DNA of 64,000 bases from Lentimicrobiaceae bacterium (GCA_037446395.1 JBBIIP010000004.1:17625-81624), one strand, 5' to 3'. Counted from the first letter of the stretch, positions 1 to 9,067 are shown. The notes: generated from the sequence alone by a model not told the origin. Translations and numbers: made by a program.

Positions 1-724
1 GTTTGATATCCTCTGAAAACGCTGACAACTTTTGAGGAAGGATTTCCTGAACAGTTTCAGTCTCCCTCGCAGTTTGCATAATCTCAAGCTCCTGTTCTGG
101 CGCGGCAGCCGTAGCGACTGCAACTTCAACAATATTTTCAATCACAGGTTCAACCACATCTACTGCATCGGATTCAACATGAACGGATTCTGGTTCGTGA
201 ACCAGATTCTGATCGCCAATGATTTCAATGGCTTCGGCTACAGCAATCTGTCCGCCAACAATTAAAGCTTCGTCGCTTATGCCATGAGGCACACCAGCAG
301 TTTCGTCAGGATAAGCTTCATCTTTGACGACAGCAATGATCTCTTCGGGTGTCGCGACAACCTGCTCCTCTAATTTAACAACTTCTGATTTTGGGTCTGC
401 AAGTACAAGTTCCGATTCAGGTAGGTTTACGTCGGCTATACCTTGACTGTCTTGCCCAAGATTATCAGGTGGCAAAAACGCTTCATTTTCAACTTCAGTA
501 GCATGCAACGTAAAATTTTCCTCGGTTACGACAGACGGACTTACTTGGTCAAAAGTCTGTGTTTCTGACTCGGGTGTCTCGTTCACTACATCGGTTGTTG
601 CTTTTGTTACAGCTTCAGATACAGTAAGAGGCCCATCTTCGATCGAAACTGGTGTTGGGTCGATGGAGGCAATCAGATTTTTTTCTTGTTCCTCGACAGG
701 AATGGTTCTTGATTTGGTTTTCAT
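1..724 (-). CDS. Hypothetical acidic low-complexity protein; N-terminal 241 codons only (ORF continues past the left window edge)
   Basis: Hand translation of the reverse strand: ATG at 724..722 is preceded by an in-frame TAA (730..728). It is followed by 241 sense codons with no stop down to position 2 (MKTKSRTIPVEEQEKNLIASIDPTPVSIEDGPLTVSEAVTK...ETVQEILPQKLSAFSEDIK). It is missing from the supplied ORF track because it has no stop inside the window. It is E/V/T/P/D/A-rich with no recognisable domain. Confidence 0.7.
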   Translation of the reverse strand, partial: MKTKSRTIPVEEQEKNLIASIDPTPVSIEDGPLTVSEAVTKATTDVVNETPESETQTFDQVSPSVVTEENFTLHATEVENEAFLPPDNLGQDSQGIADVNLPESELVLADPKSEVVKLEEQVVATPEEIIAVVKDEAYPDETAGVPHGISDEALIVGGQIAVAEAIEIIGDQNLVHEPESVHVESDAVDVVEPVIENIVEVAVATAAAPEQELEIMQTARETETVQEILPQKLSAFSEDIK

Positions 725-873
725 AGTTTAAACTTTTTAGCCCGCGAAATTCCTTTTGTACAATGAGGGTAATGCTTATCCATTGCATCATCAGAGGTTG
801 CGGTAGGAAGATTAGATCGCAAATATTTGTAAGGTAGCAAATTAATGTGGGTTTCATTTTTTTTAAAGGACTG

Positions 874-881
874 CAAAAATA
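874..881 (-). promoter_or_regulatory. Candidate -7 promoter box TATTTTTG upstream of the acidic-protein ORF
   Basis: The reverse strand reads TATTTTTGCAGTCC, an exact match to the Bacteroidota TAnnTTTG -7 consensus. It lies about 150 nt upstream of ATG 724. Confidence 0.35.
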
Positions 882-940
882 ATAATATTTCAATAGGTAC
901 AGGGTTCCCTGCCTATATTTTAACCCTATAATTACAATAC

Positions 941-3250
941 TTATTGCAGCGAACGGCGATTAAATATAATATAGCCAAGGTTTAGCATGATACTGATTGG
1001 TTCATCGGCCTTACCCAGGTGATCAATATTAAGGCTCACGGGGCCAACCGGTGACTGGAAAACAAGGGCAGCGGAACCAATGAGGTTTGCATTATGCAGT
1101 GGCTTATCATAAAAGGCTTTCATTGCTGCATCCTGTTTAATGGCCTGAAAGGGAGCAAAAAGGTAACCACCGACTCTGAAATCTAAGTTTCGCCGTATCG
1201 AAAAAATATTATTGGCCCCCAGTGCCAAAAAGTTATGTGCTCTGAGCCAGGGCAGAAATTTAATTTGGGTTCCCTGAAATGGTTGGAATGCCGGAGCAAT
1301 GAGCATGGTTGCAGTGTAGTTTGACGAAAAAGTCATGTTTGAGAGCATGACATCTGCCGACAAGCCAAGCGTATAGCGCTTATTTTTCTTCAGATGATTT
1401 AAATATTGAAGCCGCAGTTGCCACCAGGTATGATAATTCTCAGATTTAGATTTCAGCAGAGCGGTTGATCCCGGAACATGTGTTTCGTTCCCTGATATTA
1501 TGCGCAAATCGGCAAGGAAATGGCTGCCATGTGAAGGAAACTGCTTGTGATTCAGGGTGTTTCTCTCATAGAAAACAAAAGGGCTTGTGCCAATAAGGCG
1601 TGATTTATCAAGCGTATCGTTTCTCGAAAAAGTGTTGGTTTGGTAATACTGATCCGTAAGCCGGAAAGAGCCGATACCCCATACCAGCTTTCCTTTTTTC
1701 TTAATGGGCACACCCATTGTGAGCATCCAGTTCAATTCATTCTGAACAAGAAAGGAAGGAGTAATATCTTCAAAAAAGTAAGTAGAGGTTTTAAAGTAAT
1801 CCCATCTATTATAAGTGAAAGATGGCTCAATGAACAAAGGAAGTTTTGAAGGAAAGTCGAAACGCGCTTCAAGGGCAGCAGAGCTGTAGAACCGTCCGAT
1901 ATAGGAATTCGCTGAAAAGGTGCTTGCGTTTTTTCCAAGTAGTTTATATTTAATCCCAAGAAACGCACTGTTAATCGAAGATGACGAAATATTCCCGCCA
2001 AATTCAACAATAAGGTCTTTATCGCGGGTAATATCGAGATATAGGTCAAAAAATCCGGAGGAATCATTAAACATCAACCGAGGGAATATATGTTCGGTTT
2101 TATTGTCAGTAATGAGTTTAAAATACTCTTGCTTTATTTCATTAAGCGGGGATTTATCCTCGCCCAGTTGAAGCAGGCGCTTGACATACACAGATTGGTT
2201 TTCGTTGAGTCCATTTATATGAATATTATCAACGATGACTTCGGGTAGTCTGTCCCGATAGGCCTGCCTGCGGTCAGACAATTGTTTTACTGAAATAGTA
2301 TCGTAAACAAAAGCCCTGATTTCAGGAATCATAAGTTTGGCTGCGGCGTAGCCGCTTTCAATAAAAGTCTTGGTATTGCTGAAATCAGTCACGTTCACAT
2401 TTTTGAGCTCCGGCTGAATTAATACACCATTTTCGCAAGGAATCTCAAAGCTGGTAACTTCTGTTAACATGGCTTCGAGTTGAGAAACCAAATCGTCATC
2501 GCGAATCTGGCCAAAGTCTGTTGCGGTTTTACTTCCTATTATAATATCAGGAAAAAAATCTGTATACATAATGTTCACCGGAAAATTATTGTACATTCCT
2601 CCATCAAACATCAACCTTCCGTCAATGCGAATGGGGCGAAAATAAAATGGAAATGTCATAGAAGCCCTGATGGCATTGCCGAGATCGCCTTTTTTTAAGG
2701 AAACAGCCCGACTGGCCTGTACATCAGAAGCCACACAACGGAATGGGATAAAAAGGCTGTCGAAGTTGTACTGTGCTGCTGCTGCTGCTGCTGAAAATAA
2801 TTCGAGAAAAACAAAATCCATCTGAACCGGTGATACAATGTTGACCGGTAACTTTGGTTGCACCAAAGAATCCACCCTGACTCTAAAATTTATCCATGAA
2901 GCATTGGGATTTGGGTCTTTGAAATAATACTTATGCTCATCGCCAATGACCCCTGACGTCCACTGAGCGAATTCATCAGACAATATCACTTTTTCCATTT
3001 CCTGAGTTGACCAACCAATGGCATATAATCCGCCAATGATAGCTCCCATCGAGGTACCCGCAATGTAATCAATCGGAATACCTTCATCTTCGAGTGCTCT
3101 AAGCACACCAATATGGGCAACACCTTTGGCCCCTCCCCCACTCAATACCACCCCAACCTTTTGCGAATAAACTGAATGCGAGAATAAAATGGCAAAAAAT
3201 ATCAGAACGACCCTGACCAAGTGATTCCATGATTTTATCAGTGCTATCAT
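941..3250 (-). CDS. Patatin-like phospholipase fused to a POTRA-like segment and an Omp85-type beta-barrel (PlpD/FplA-like type Vd autotransporter architecture)
   Basis: 769-aa ORF with a hydrophobic N-terminus (VVLIFFAILFSHSVYSQ). Patatin motifs are present: GGGAKG (oxyanion hole), G-T-S-M-G (nucleophile elbow) and FDGGMYNN (D-G-G catalytic Asp). A POTRA-like stretch follows (IVDNIHINGLNENQSVYVKRLLQL). The C-terminal ~330 aa has an alternating beta-strand pattern, rich in Y/F/G/N, ending LNLGYIIFNRRSLQ. Confidence 0.85.
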   Translation of the reverse strand: MIALIKSWNHLVRVVLIFFAILFSHSVYSQKVGVVLSGGGAKGVAHIGVLRALEDEGIPIDYIAGTSMGAIIGGLYAIGWSTQEMEKVILSDEFAQWTSGVIGDEHKYYFKDPNPNASWINFRVRVDSLVQPKLPVNIVSPVQMDFVFLELFSAAAAAAQYNFDSLFIPFRCVASDVQASRAVSLKKGDLGNAIRASMTFPFYFRPIRIDGRLMFDGGMYNNFPVNIMYTDFFPDIIIGSKTATDFGQIRDDDLVSQLEAMLTEVTSFEIPCENGVLIQPELKNVNVTDFSNTKTFIESGYAAAKLMIPEIRAFVYDTISVKQLSDRRQAYRDRLPEVIVDNIHINGLNENQSVYVKRLLQLGEDKSPLNEIKQEYFKLITDNKTEHIFPRLMFNDSSGFFDLYLDITRDKDLIVEFGGNISSSSINSAFLGIKYKLLGKNASTFSANSYIGRFYSSAALEARFDFPSKLPLFIEPSFTYNRWDYFKTSTYFFEDITPSFLVQNELNWMLTMGVPIKKKGKLVWGIGSFRLTDQYYQTNTFSRNDTLDKSRLIGTSPFVFYERNTLNHKQFPSHGSHFLADLRIISGNETHVPGSTALLKSKSENYHTWWQLRLQYLNHLKKNKRYTLGLSADVMLSNMTFSSNYTATMLIAPAFQPFQGTQIKFLPWLRAHNFLALGANNIFSIRRNLDFRVGGYLFAPFQAIKQDAAMKAFYDKPLHNANLIGSAALVFQSPVGPVSLNIDHLGKADEPISIMLNLGYIIFNRRSLQ
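2775..2792. repeat. Perfect (GCT)6 trinucleotide repeat inside the patatin gene, encoding Ala6 on the minus strand
   Basis: The sequence reads gt-gctgctgctgctgctgct-ga. This corresponds to FSAAAAAAQYNF in the 941..3250 product. Confidence 0.95.
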
Positions 3251-3409
3251 ACAAAATTATACAACTACGCGTGAGTGAGTTCCTGAGTTATTCATGAGAT
3301 AAACGTCAGAAAACCCATCCTGCGTGTTCGGTTAGAAAAATAATTTGGTGACAGGATTTGTATCACTTGATGAAAACTATTTAACGAAAAGTTCTCCATT
3401 AATCCTGGG

Positions 3410-4591
3410 CTAAACAAATTCCAAAGCTTGCTCCAGGTCGGCGAGGAGGTCGCCAACATCTTCTATACCTACCGCGTACCTCACAAGATCATTGGTTATT
3501 CCGGCTTTTTCTTTTGCTTTGTCGGTCATTTTGGAGTGTGTCATTGAGGCAGGATGCTGTATCAGCGTTTCGACTCCACCCAACGAAACTGCAAGGAGGG
3601 CTACTTTGATGTGATTCATGAGCTGCTTCCCGGCCTCATACCCGCCTTTCACTCCAAAAGAGATCATCGCTCCAGGGCCATCCATTTGCTTTCTGGCAAG
3701 CTCATATTGCGGATGAGATATCAGTCCAGGATACTTCACCCATGCTATTTTTGGATGATTTTCCAGAAAAGCAGCAATTGTCATTGCATTTTCCTGTGCC
3801 CGTTGCATCCTGACTGCAAGTGTTTTTATTCCACGAATAACCAAGTAAGCCTGATGTGGATCCATGTTGCAGCCCATGTTGATCATGGTTGATCGCAGTT
3901 GTTTTTGAAGCTCGCTGGTTCGGCACACAATGATACCGGCAACCACATCTGCATGGCCATTAAGAAATTTAGTCATAGAGTGAAAAACCACATCAACACC
4001 GAGTTCGATAGGACGTTGCAAATAGGGGCTTGAAAAGGTATTGTCGACCACCACTAAAAGATTGTATTGCTTGGCAAGGCGAACACAGGCTTCAAGATCG
4101 GTAATTTCCATGGTCGGGTTTGCAGGAGTTTCGATAAACAGCATTTTAGTATTTGGCTTGATTGCTGCCTTTATTGCTTCAAGATTGGAAGTATTAACGT
4201 AAGTTGATTCAACGCCAAACCTTGAGTATTGCTGTTCCATCACGACCCTCGAAGGGCCGTAGACCGCCTCGGAGCTGATAATATGATCGCCTTTGCTGAG
4301 CAAGCCAAAATAAATAGTGTTTACAGCAGCCATTCCTGAACTCACGGCTACGGCACCTGTGCCGTTTTCGAGTTCAGCCACCAGGTTCTCAAGGGCTTGA
4401 ATCGTGGGATTGCCGATTCGCGTATAGATATACCCCTGGCTTTCGCCAGAAAAGCAGGCTGCCCCATGATCTGCATTGTGGAATGCAAATGTTGAAGTCT
4501 GATAGATAGGAACGGTAGCACTCCCTAAAGGATCTTTGTAATCACCACCATGTATTAACCGTGAATTAATCCCAAGTTTCTTTGATTTCAT
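3410..4591 (-). CDS. Cys/Met-metabolism PLP-dependent enzyme, most like methionine gamma-lyase
   Basis: 393 aa. The family signature includes YTRIGNPT and the PLP-lysine motif HSMTKFLNGHADV. Length and end-to-end pattern are typical of the MGL / cystathionine gamma-synthase family. The exact substrate cannot be determined from sequence alone. Confidence 0.85.
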   Translation of the reverse strand: MKSKKLGINSRLIHGGDYKDPLGSATVPIYQTSTFAFHNADHGAACFSGESQGYIYTRIGNPTIQALENLVAELENGTGAVAVSSGMAAVNTIYFGLLSKGDHIISSEAVYGPSRVVMEQQYSRFGVESTYVNTSNLEAIKAAIKPNTKMLFIETPANPTMEITDLEACVRLAKQYNLLVVVDNTFSSPYLQRPIELGVDVVFHSMTKFLNGHADVVAGIIVCRTSELQKQLRSTMINMGCNMDPHQAYLVIRGIKTLAVRMQRAQENAMTIAAFLENHPKIAWVKYPGLISHPQYELARKQMDGPGAMISFGVKGGYEAGKQLMNHIKVALLAVSLGGVETLIQHPASMTHSKMTDKAKEKAGITNDLVRYAVGIEDVGDLLADLEQALEFV

Positions 4592-4694
4592 TTGTCTTTG
4601 TATTATGATAAGTAGTTTGAGCTACAGGCATTTGATAAACTATTAGATTCTATTTTCTTGTTTAAGTCAGAGAAATGATGGCCCCTGCAAGGGA

Positions 4695-5300
4695 TCACTT
4701 CGACTTTTTGGTTCCGCCCCAAAACGAACCGATAATTGACCTTCCATTGGCTGATGACATTATGCCCTCATGTACGGCTTTCACCTCCTCGATTGTATAA
4801 AAGGCATTGGGGCTGTAGTCGTGAATAATTGAAATTACCTGGTCGATGTCGCGTCGTTTTATGATAGAAAATATTACTTTGACAGGGCCACGGCTGCCCA
4901 TGGCGTCAACGGTCGTAAGGCCTACATTGTGTTCACGCAGTTGATTCACCAATTCTGTGGTATCGAATTTCGGGATGATGCGAATGATAACATTTCCGAG
5001 TGATAGCTTTTGCTCGATCATGATGCCAATATAGTTGCCTAAAGCAAATCCAAGGCCATAAGCAATATAGGTAAGTGCATTATCCAGGTGCCGTAGAATC
5101 TGGGAAACAGCAAGCAACCAGATGATTACCTCGAAAAACCCAAGCACCGGTGCCAAAGTTTTGTATCCCTTCGAGATGAAAATAAGCCGCAGTGTGCCTA
5201 TCGACTGATCGGCAATGCGGGCAATAATAATCAACAGCGGAAGAATAACCCAGGTGAATACCCATGAGTCAGTATTGAGCAAGCCTAAATCCATGATCAC
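4695..5300 (-). CDS. UPF0316 family membrane protein (DUF5698 + DUF2179 architecture)
   Basis: 201 aa. Three N-terminal TM helices (IADQSIGTLRLIFISKG...FFEVIIWLLAV...) are followed by a soluble ~80-aa C-terminal domain, as in Bacillus UPF0316 proteins. Confidence 0.75.
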   Translation of the reverse strand: MIMDLGLLNTDSWVFTWVILPLLIIIARIADQSIGTLRLIFISKGYKTLAPVLGFFEVIIWLLAVSQILRHLDNALTYIAYGLGFALGNYIGIMIEQKLSLGNVIIRIIPKFDTTELVNQLREHNVGLTTVDAMGSRGPVKVIFSIIKRRDIDQVISIIHDYSPNAFYTIEEVKAVHEGIMSSANGRSIIGSFWGGTKKSK

Positions 5301-5320
5301 TGCATGTTATGAATTTTGTG

Positions 5321-5328
5321 CAAAAATA
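5321..5328 (-). promoter_or_regulatory. Candidate -7 box TATTTTTG for the UPF0316 gene
   Basis: The reverse strand reads CCTTATTTTTGCAC, 21 nt upstream of ATG 5300. It is an exact TAnnTTTG match. Confidence 0.4.
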
Positions 5329-5408
5329 AGGGTTTTAGCTGGTTTAGCCACCAACAAATTCTGTTTGACAAATCAATGAAGGGTGTCATGTCCAAACGGA
5401 TACCCGAA

Positions 5409-7820
5409 TTATTCTGGATGTGCTCTACTGCTTCGAAGAAGGTAAAGATTGGCCAATAAAGCAATAGTGTATGCGGCAGCAGCCGTTAACATCACAAAAA
5501 GGTATCCAGACTCAACCGCAATAAGCATTGAAAGTGGTGCAGCAACCACCGAAAGGCAACCGTTGATACCCCAGGCCCAGGGAACCTGGCTGTTGTTATT
5601 TTCTGATAGCAATCGCAATCCCACCGGAAAAGGAATCCCCATTAGGAATGATGGGATGAGTATTATTAAAAACCCTATGAGCAACCTTATAAGGAGCGGC
5701 TGCCCGATTGAAGCGTTAATAATTGGTTCTAATAGAACCATAAGCAGGAGGTTAACAACCACTATCCCGGATAGAACATATGTCAGGTGAATGCGTTTCA
5801 ACATATATTTCCCTGCCAAAAAGCTTCCGAGTCCGGATAACACGAGCATTGTGCAGATCACAAAAGTTGCCGAGATAACAGGATGACCCAAAAAGAGTAC
5901 AAATCGTTGTATCAGGATCACCTCTATGAACATGAAACCCATGCCAAGTGCAGCAAAATAAATCAATACCTGAAGCCTGCCTCTACGCTTTGCCTTTATG
6001 ATTGTCAATGGCAGAAGTATTAGGATAATGGATAATAAGGTGACCATAATCGTGGTGACTATCAGGACCAGGTATCCTAACTCAAGAAAAGGCAATTGCT
6101 CCTTTCCAAAAAACTCGAGCAAAAATGGAAAGGCTCTCCATTGAATAAATTGGTTAAAATAAGGTTTGTCGTCTGTGGCTGGTTTGACATGGAAAGGATA
6201 TGCCGTGTAAATGCTATCCGTCTTCCCGGCAACGAGGTTATCAATCAAGGTGAAAAAGCTCGTATCGCTCAACTCATTGTAATCATTTCGTCGGCCTTGC
6301 TGGAGTCCCGGCATCAATAGCGGGTCAAAACTCAGGGAGTCGCAAAACTGAATCGCATCAGAAACAGATTCAGAAACAACCGGCCTGTTTCCAACCATAA
6401 ACGTAATCGTTGCCCAGCCCCTGATGGCCATCATGTAATTCTCTGGGTCTTTTACTCCGGTACTTCTAAGCATCTCTACAATTGTAGATATTACTTTTAA
6501 AGAAACTCGGGGTGGGTAATCCATCCAGCAGCTTACCGCCATCAACCCGCCGGGTTTCAATATATTGAATGCTTTTTTTATTCCTTCGATTGTCATCAGG
6601 TAGTTTTCCTGCATGGCATAAAGCCCAGCCGAACCTCCAAATGCATCAGGAAATGGCAGTATGATCAAGTCAAATTTATTTTGAGTGTTCTCCAAAAATG
6701 ATCTGGCGCCGATTTTCATGACCTGAAGCACCGGATTTCCCGGCAAGGACTCACTGGGGAATTTGATATGATTTATCATTATCTCAGCCAAATGAGGATT
6801 GATTTCGGTTGCAACCACACCTCTGGCGCCCTGGACAAGGGCATGGCTTGCAAAATAACCTGACCCGGCATTTAGTACCAAAACAGAATCAATGTCTGCC
6901 AAGGAATAAGGCAATGCCATCGTTGTATACTGCATGGGGTTGTTTTTGCCATGACTAAACCTGGGAATCGTTCCAACAAAATCAGCATTTGAAAAAACAG
7001 CTTTGCCTGCTGGTATTTCTCCCTTATAGTTATAGCTCAACCCGGGTGCATTACGCAGTACGGGTGACTCGATTATTTGTGTAGTACCCAATATTCCCTG
7101 GTTCTGCTCAACAATTCGGGCCTCGGGCAGGTTTAGTGTTTTGCTTAGGCTTTTGTATTGCGATGGTCTGATCTCCAGCGGCTGTATTGTTTCAAATGAA
7201 ACCATCAACAACAGCAACAAAATTATGCTGTATATTTCTGGCTTTTTATGGGCATTTGTTAAAATTAATCCTGAAACACCCAACAACGCTGAAATTATCC
7301 AAAAGGCTTTCCACGGAGGTAACAAGCTAATCATAATGAGAGCAAACGCGCCTCCGAGCCCGGACCCAACCAGGTTCACGAAATAAAGAGAGTTTATATC
7401 CTCTACATAAACGGTGAATATAAGACCTATAAAAAGCGCTGAAATGAAAAATGGTAAGAAAAATGAAAAGATAATAAAAAGTAAACGTGCATATTGCCAA
7501 TCATCTACAAAGAGGTGGTAGAGGTCGAAGGCAAGTAATTCTGTTTGCGATAGCCTGAGTGCCACGTAAAATGTTGCTCCTGCCAAATAAGCCAGAAAGG
7601 GCAGAATGGCTAAATGATTTTTTACAAGTTTTTTTCTGAATATCGCAAGGCAGGTTCCTGCTGCTCCAAAACCAAGCATGGCAATGGATATAACCAAATA
7701 GGCAAAATGGTGCCATTGTACATATGATAATACCTGCATCAAAACAATTTGAGCAGCAATGACACTTGCCGAAAGCAAACCCAACGACAGGAACATTCTC
7801 TGGTGATTTGTATAACACAT
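5409..7820 (-). CDS. Polytopic membrane protein with a central spermidine-synthase-like / class I SAM-methyltransferase-fold domain (fused membrane/spermidine synthase type)
   Basis: 803 aa. About 7 predicted TM helices at the N-terminus (including YFVNLVGSGLGGAFALIMISLL) and about 7 at the C-terminus flank a soluble core. The core carries a motif-I-like VLVLNAGSGYFASHAL and DLIILPFPDAFGG...LKPGGLMAV. The start lies 2 nt after the pcm stop. Confidence 0.7.
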   Translation of the reverse strand: MCYTNHQRMFLSLGLLSASVIAAQIVLMQVLSYVQWHHFAYLVISIAMLGFGAAGTCLAIFRKKLVKNHLAILPFLAYLAGATFYVALRLSQTELLAFDLYHLFVDDWQYARLLFIIFSFFLPFFISALFIGLIFTVYVEDINSLYFVNLVGSGLGGAFALIMISLLPPWKAFWIISALLGVSGLILTNAHKKPEIYSIILLLLLMVSFETIQPLEIRPSQYKSLSKTLNLPEARIVEQNQGILGTTQIIESPVLRNAPGLSYNYKGEIPAGKAVFSNADFVGTIPRFSHGKNNPMQYTTMALPYSLADIDSVLVLNAGSGYFASHALVQGARGVVATEINPHLAEIMINHIKFPSESLPGNPVLQVMKIGARSFLENTQNKFDLIILPFPDAFGGSAGLYAMQENYLMTIEGIKKAFNILKPGGLMAVSCWMDYPPRVSLKVISTIVEMLRSTGVKDPENYMMAIRGWATITFMVGNRPVVSESVSDAIQFCDSLSFDPLLMPGLQQGRRNDYNELSDTSFFTLIDNLVAGKTDSIYTAYPFHVKPATDDKPYFNQFIQWRAFPFLLEFFGKEQLPFLELGYLVLIVTTIMVTLLSIILILLPLTIIKAKRRGRLQVLIYFAALGMGFMFIEVILIQRFVLFLGHPVISATFVICTMLVLSGLGSFLAGKYMLKRIHLTYVLSGIVVVNLLLMVLLEPIINASIGQPLLIRLLIGFLIILIPSFLMGIPFPVGLRLLSENNNSQVPWAWGINGCLSVVAAPLSMLIAVESGYLFVMLTAAAAYTIALLANLYLLRSSRAHPE

Positions 7821-7822
7821 TG

Positions 7823-8542
7823 CTAATCACTGGAGCTTGCGCGTGTGAAAGGAACAAATCGAACAGGGATCAGATTTTTTGTTCTTATTTTTCCTTTTTC
7901 TTTTTGAACCAATACCAGTTGTTGAACCATAAATGGGGTTCCGATGGGAATAATCATCGTGCCACTTTCTTTGAGTTGTTCAATCAGCGGAGGCGGAATG
8001 TGTTCTGAGGCAGCTGTAACCACAATGGCATCAAATGGGCCTGCCTCTGCCCAACCGTGATAACCATCAGCTATCTTTGTACGCACGTTTTTATATCCGT
8101 TGGAATAAAAGCGTTCAATTGCCTGTGTTGCAAGCTCGGGAATGATCTCGATGGTGTATACCTCTTTCACAATTTCGGCCAGGACAGCTGCCTGGTATCC
8201 TGATCCTGCACCGATTTCCAGCACTTTAAAGTGTTCTTTTGGATTGATGATTTCGGTCATGTAGGCCACAATGTATGGCTGCGAAATTGTTTGCCCATAG
8301 CCAATGGGCAGGGGGCTATCCTGATATGCATTATCTATCTGGCTTTCAGGGACAAAGAGATGTCGTGGGACTTTCTGCATTGCCTTTATTGTCGCCGTGT
8401 GGCTTATTCCCCTTGAGATAATTTGCTTTTCGACCATCAGCTCGCGCAGGTTGCGCCAGTCTCGGGGTTGCTTTTGAGAGCGCCCCAACAAGGGATATGT
8501 AATCAAGCAGAAGGCTGTTGCCAAAAACAAGAGGAAATTCAT
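7823..8542 (-). CDS. pcm: Protein-L-isoaspartate O-methyltransferase with a hydrophobic N-terminal extension
   Basis: 239 aa. Motifs GQTISQPYIVAYMTE and VLEIGAGSGYQAAVLA are classic PCM signatures. The first ~22 aa (MNFLLFLATAFCLITYPLLGRS) look like a signal peptide or anchor. An internal Met at 8437 would give a canonical ~204-aa enzyme. Confidence 0.9.
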   Translation of the reverse strand: MNFLLFLATAFCLITYPLLGRSQKQPRDWRNLRELMVEKQIISRGISHTATIKAMQKVPRHLFVPESQIDNAYQDSPLPIGYGQTISQPYIVAYMTEIINPKEHFKVLEIGAGSGYQAAVLAEIVKEVYTIEIIPELATQAIERFYSNGYKNVRTKIADGYHGWAEAGPFDAIVVTAASEHIPPPLIEQLKESGTMIIPIGTPFMVQQLVLVQKEKGKIRTKNLIPVRFVPFTRASSSD

Positions 8543-8578
8543 ATATCTGTGAGGTATTGGGGGGACATATATCCATCA

Positions 8579-8586
8579 CAAACATA
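8579..8586 (-). promoter_or_regulatory. Candidate -7 box TATGTTTG upstream of pcm
   Basis: The reverse strand reads TTGTATGTTTGTGATGG, 37 nt upstream of ATG 8542. It is an exact TAnnTTTG match. Confidence 0.35.
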
Positions 8587-8714
8587 CAAAATTCATTGCA
8601 ATATAAAAATAGTGCGTAAAAAAAAACCTGAAGATCAATGTCTCCAGGGGAACACGCTGCAAATTTCTTTTGCAAAACCGGTTTATTTTTTATCCGGTAG
8701 TTTCGGCTTCCGGA

Positions 8715-9026
8715 TCAGGCTTGAGCGGTTGGCCCTCCAAATCCAAAAGGAGTAGCTTCTCCTTCATGCTCTTTGATGATTCCGTTCACTGTTTCAAAAT
8801 TGGCGATGTTTTCCTTCAATGCCCTGAGTAATCTTTTTGCATGCTGAGGAGTGAGCACAATTCGAGATTTCACCTTGGCCTTTGGAACTCCGGGCATCAT
8901 TTTAATAAAGTCAATCACAAACTCCGAACTTGAATGGGTAATAATTGCCAGGTTAGAATAAACACCTTCGGCTATTTCGTCGGTCAGCTCAATGTTGATT
9001 TGTTGATTTGGATTATTTTCGGTCAT
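8715..9026 (-). CDS. DUF3467 family small protein, last gene of the rpoBC transcription unit
   Basis: 103 aa (…GVYSNLAIITHSSSEFVIDFIKMMPGVPKAKVKSRIVLTPQHAKRLLRAL…). It starts 41 nt after the rpoC stop and I see no hairpin in the gap. Confidence 0.8.
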   Translation of the reverse strand: MTENNPNQQINIELTDEIAEGVYSNLAIITHSSSEFVIDFIKMMPGVPKAKVKSRIVLTPQHAKRLLRALKENIANFETVNGIIKEHEGEATPFGFGGPTAQA

Positions 9027-9067
9027 GATATTTATTATTGAAATTCTGTATGAATTCTGTTATTTGC

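Noticed and set aside
615-893. 92-aa track ORF overlapping the start of the acidic-protein ORF
   Set aside because: It is Cys/Arg-rich with no motif, lies out of frame with the much longer open frame 724..1, and covers what is more likely that gene's 5' leader and promoter.
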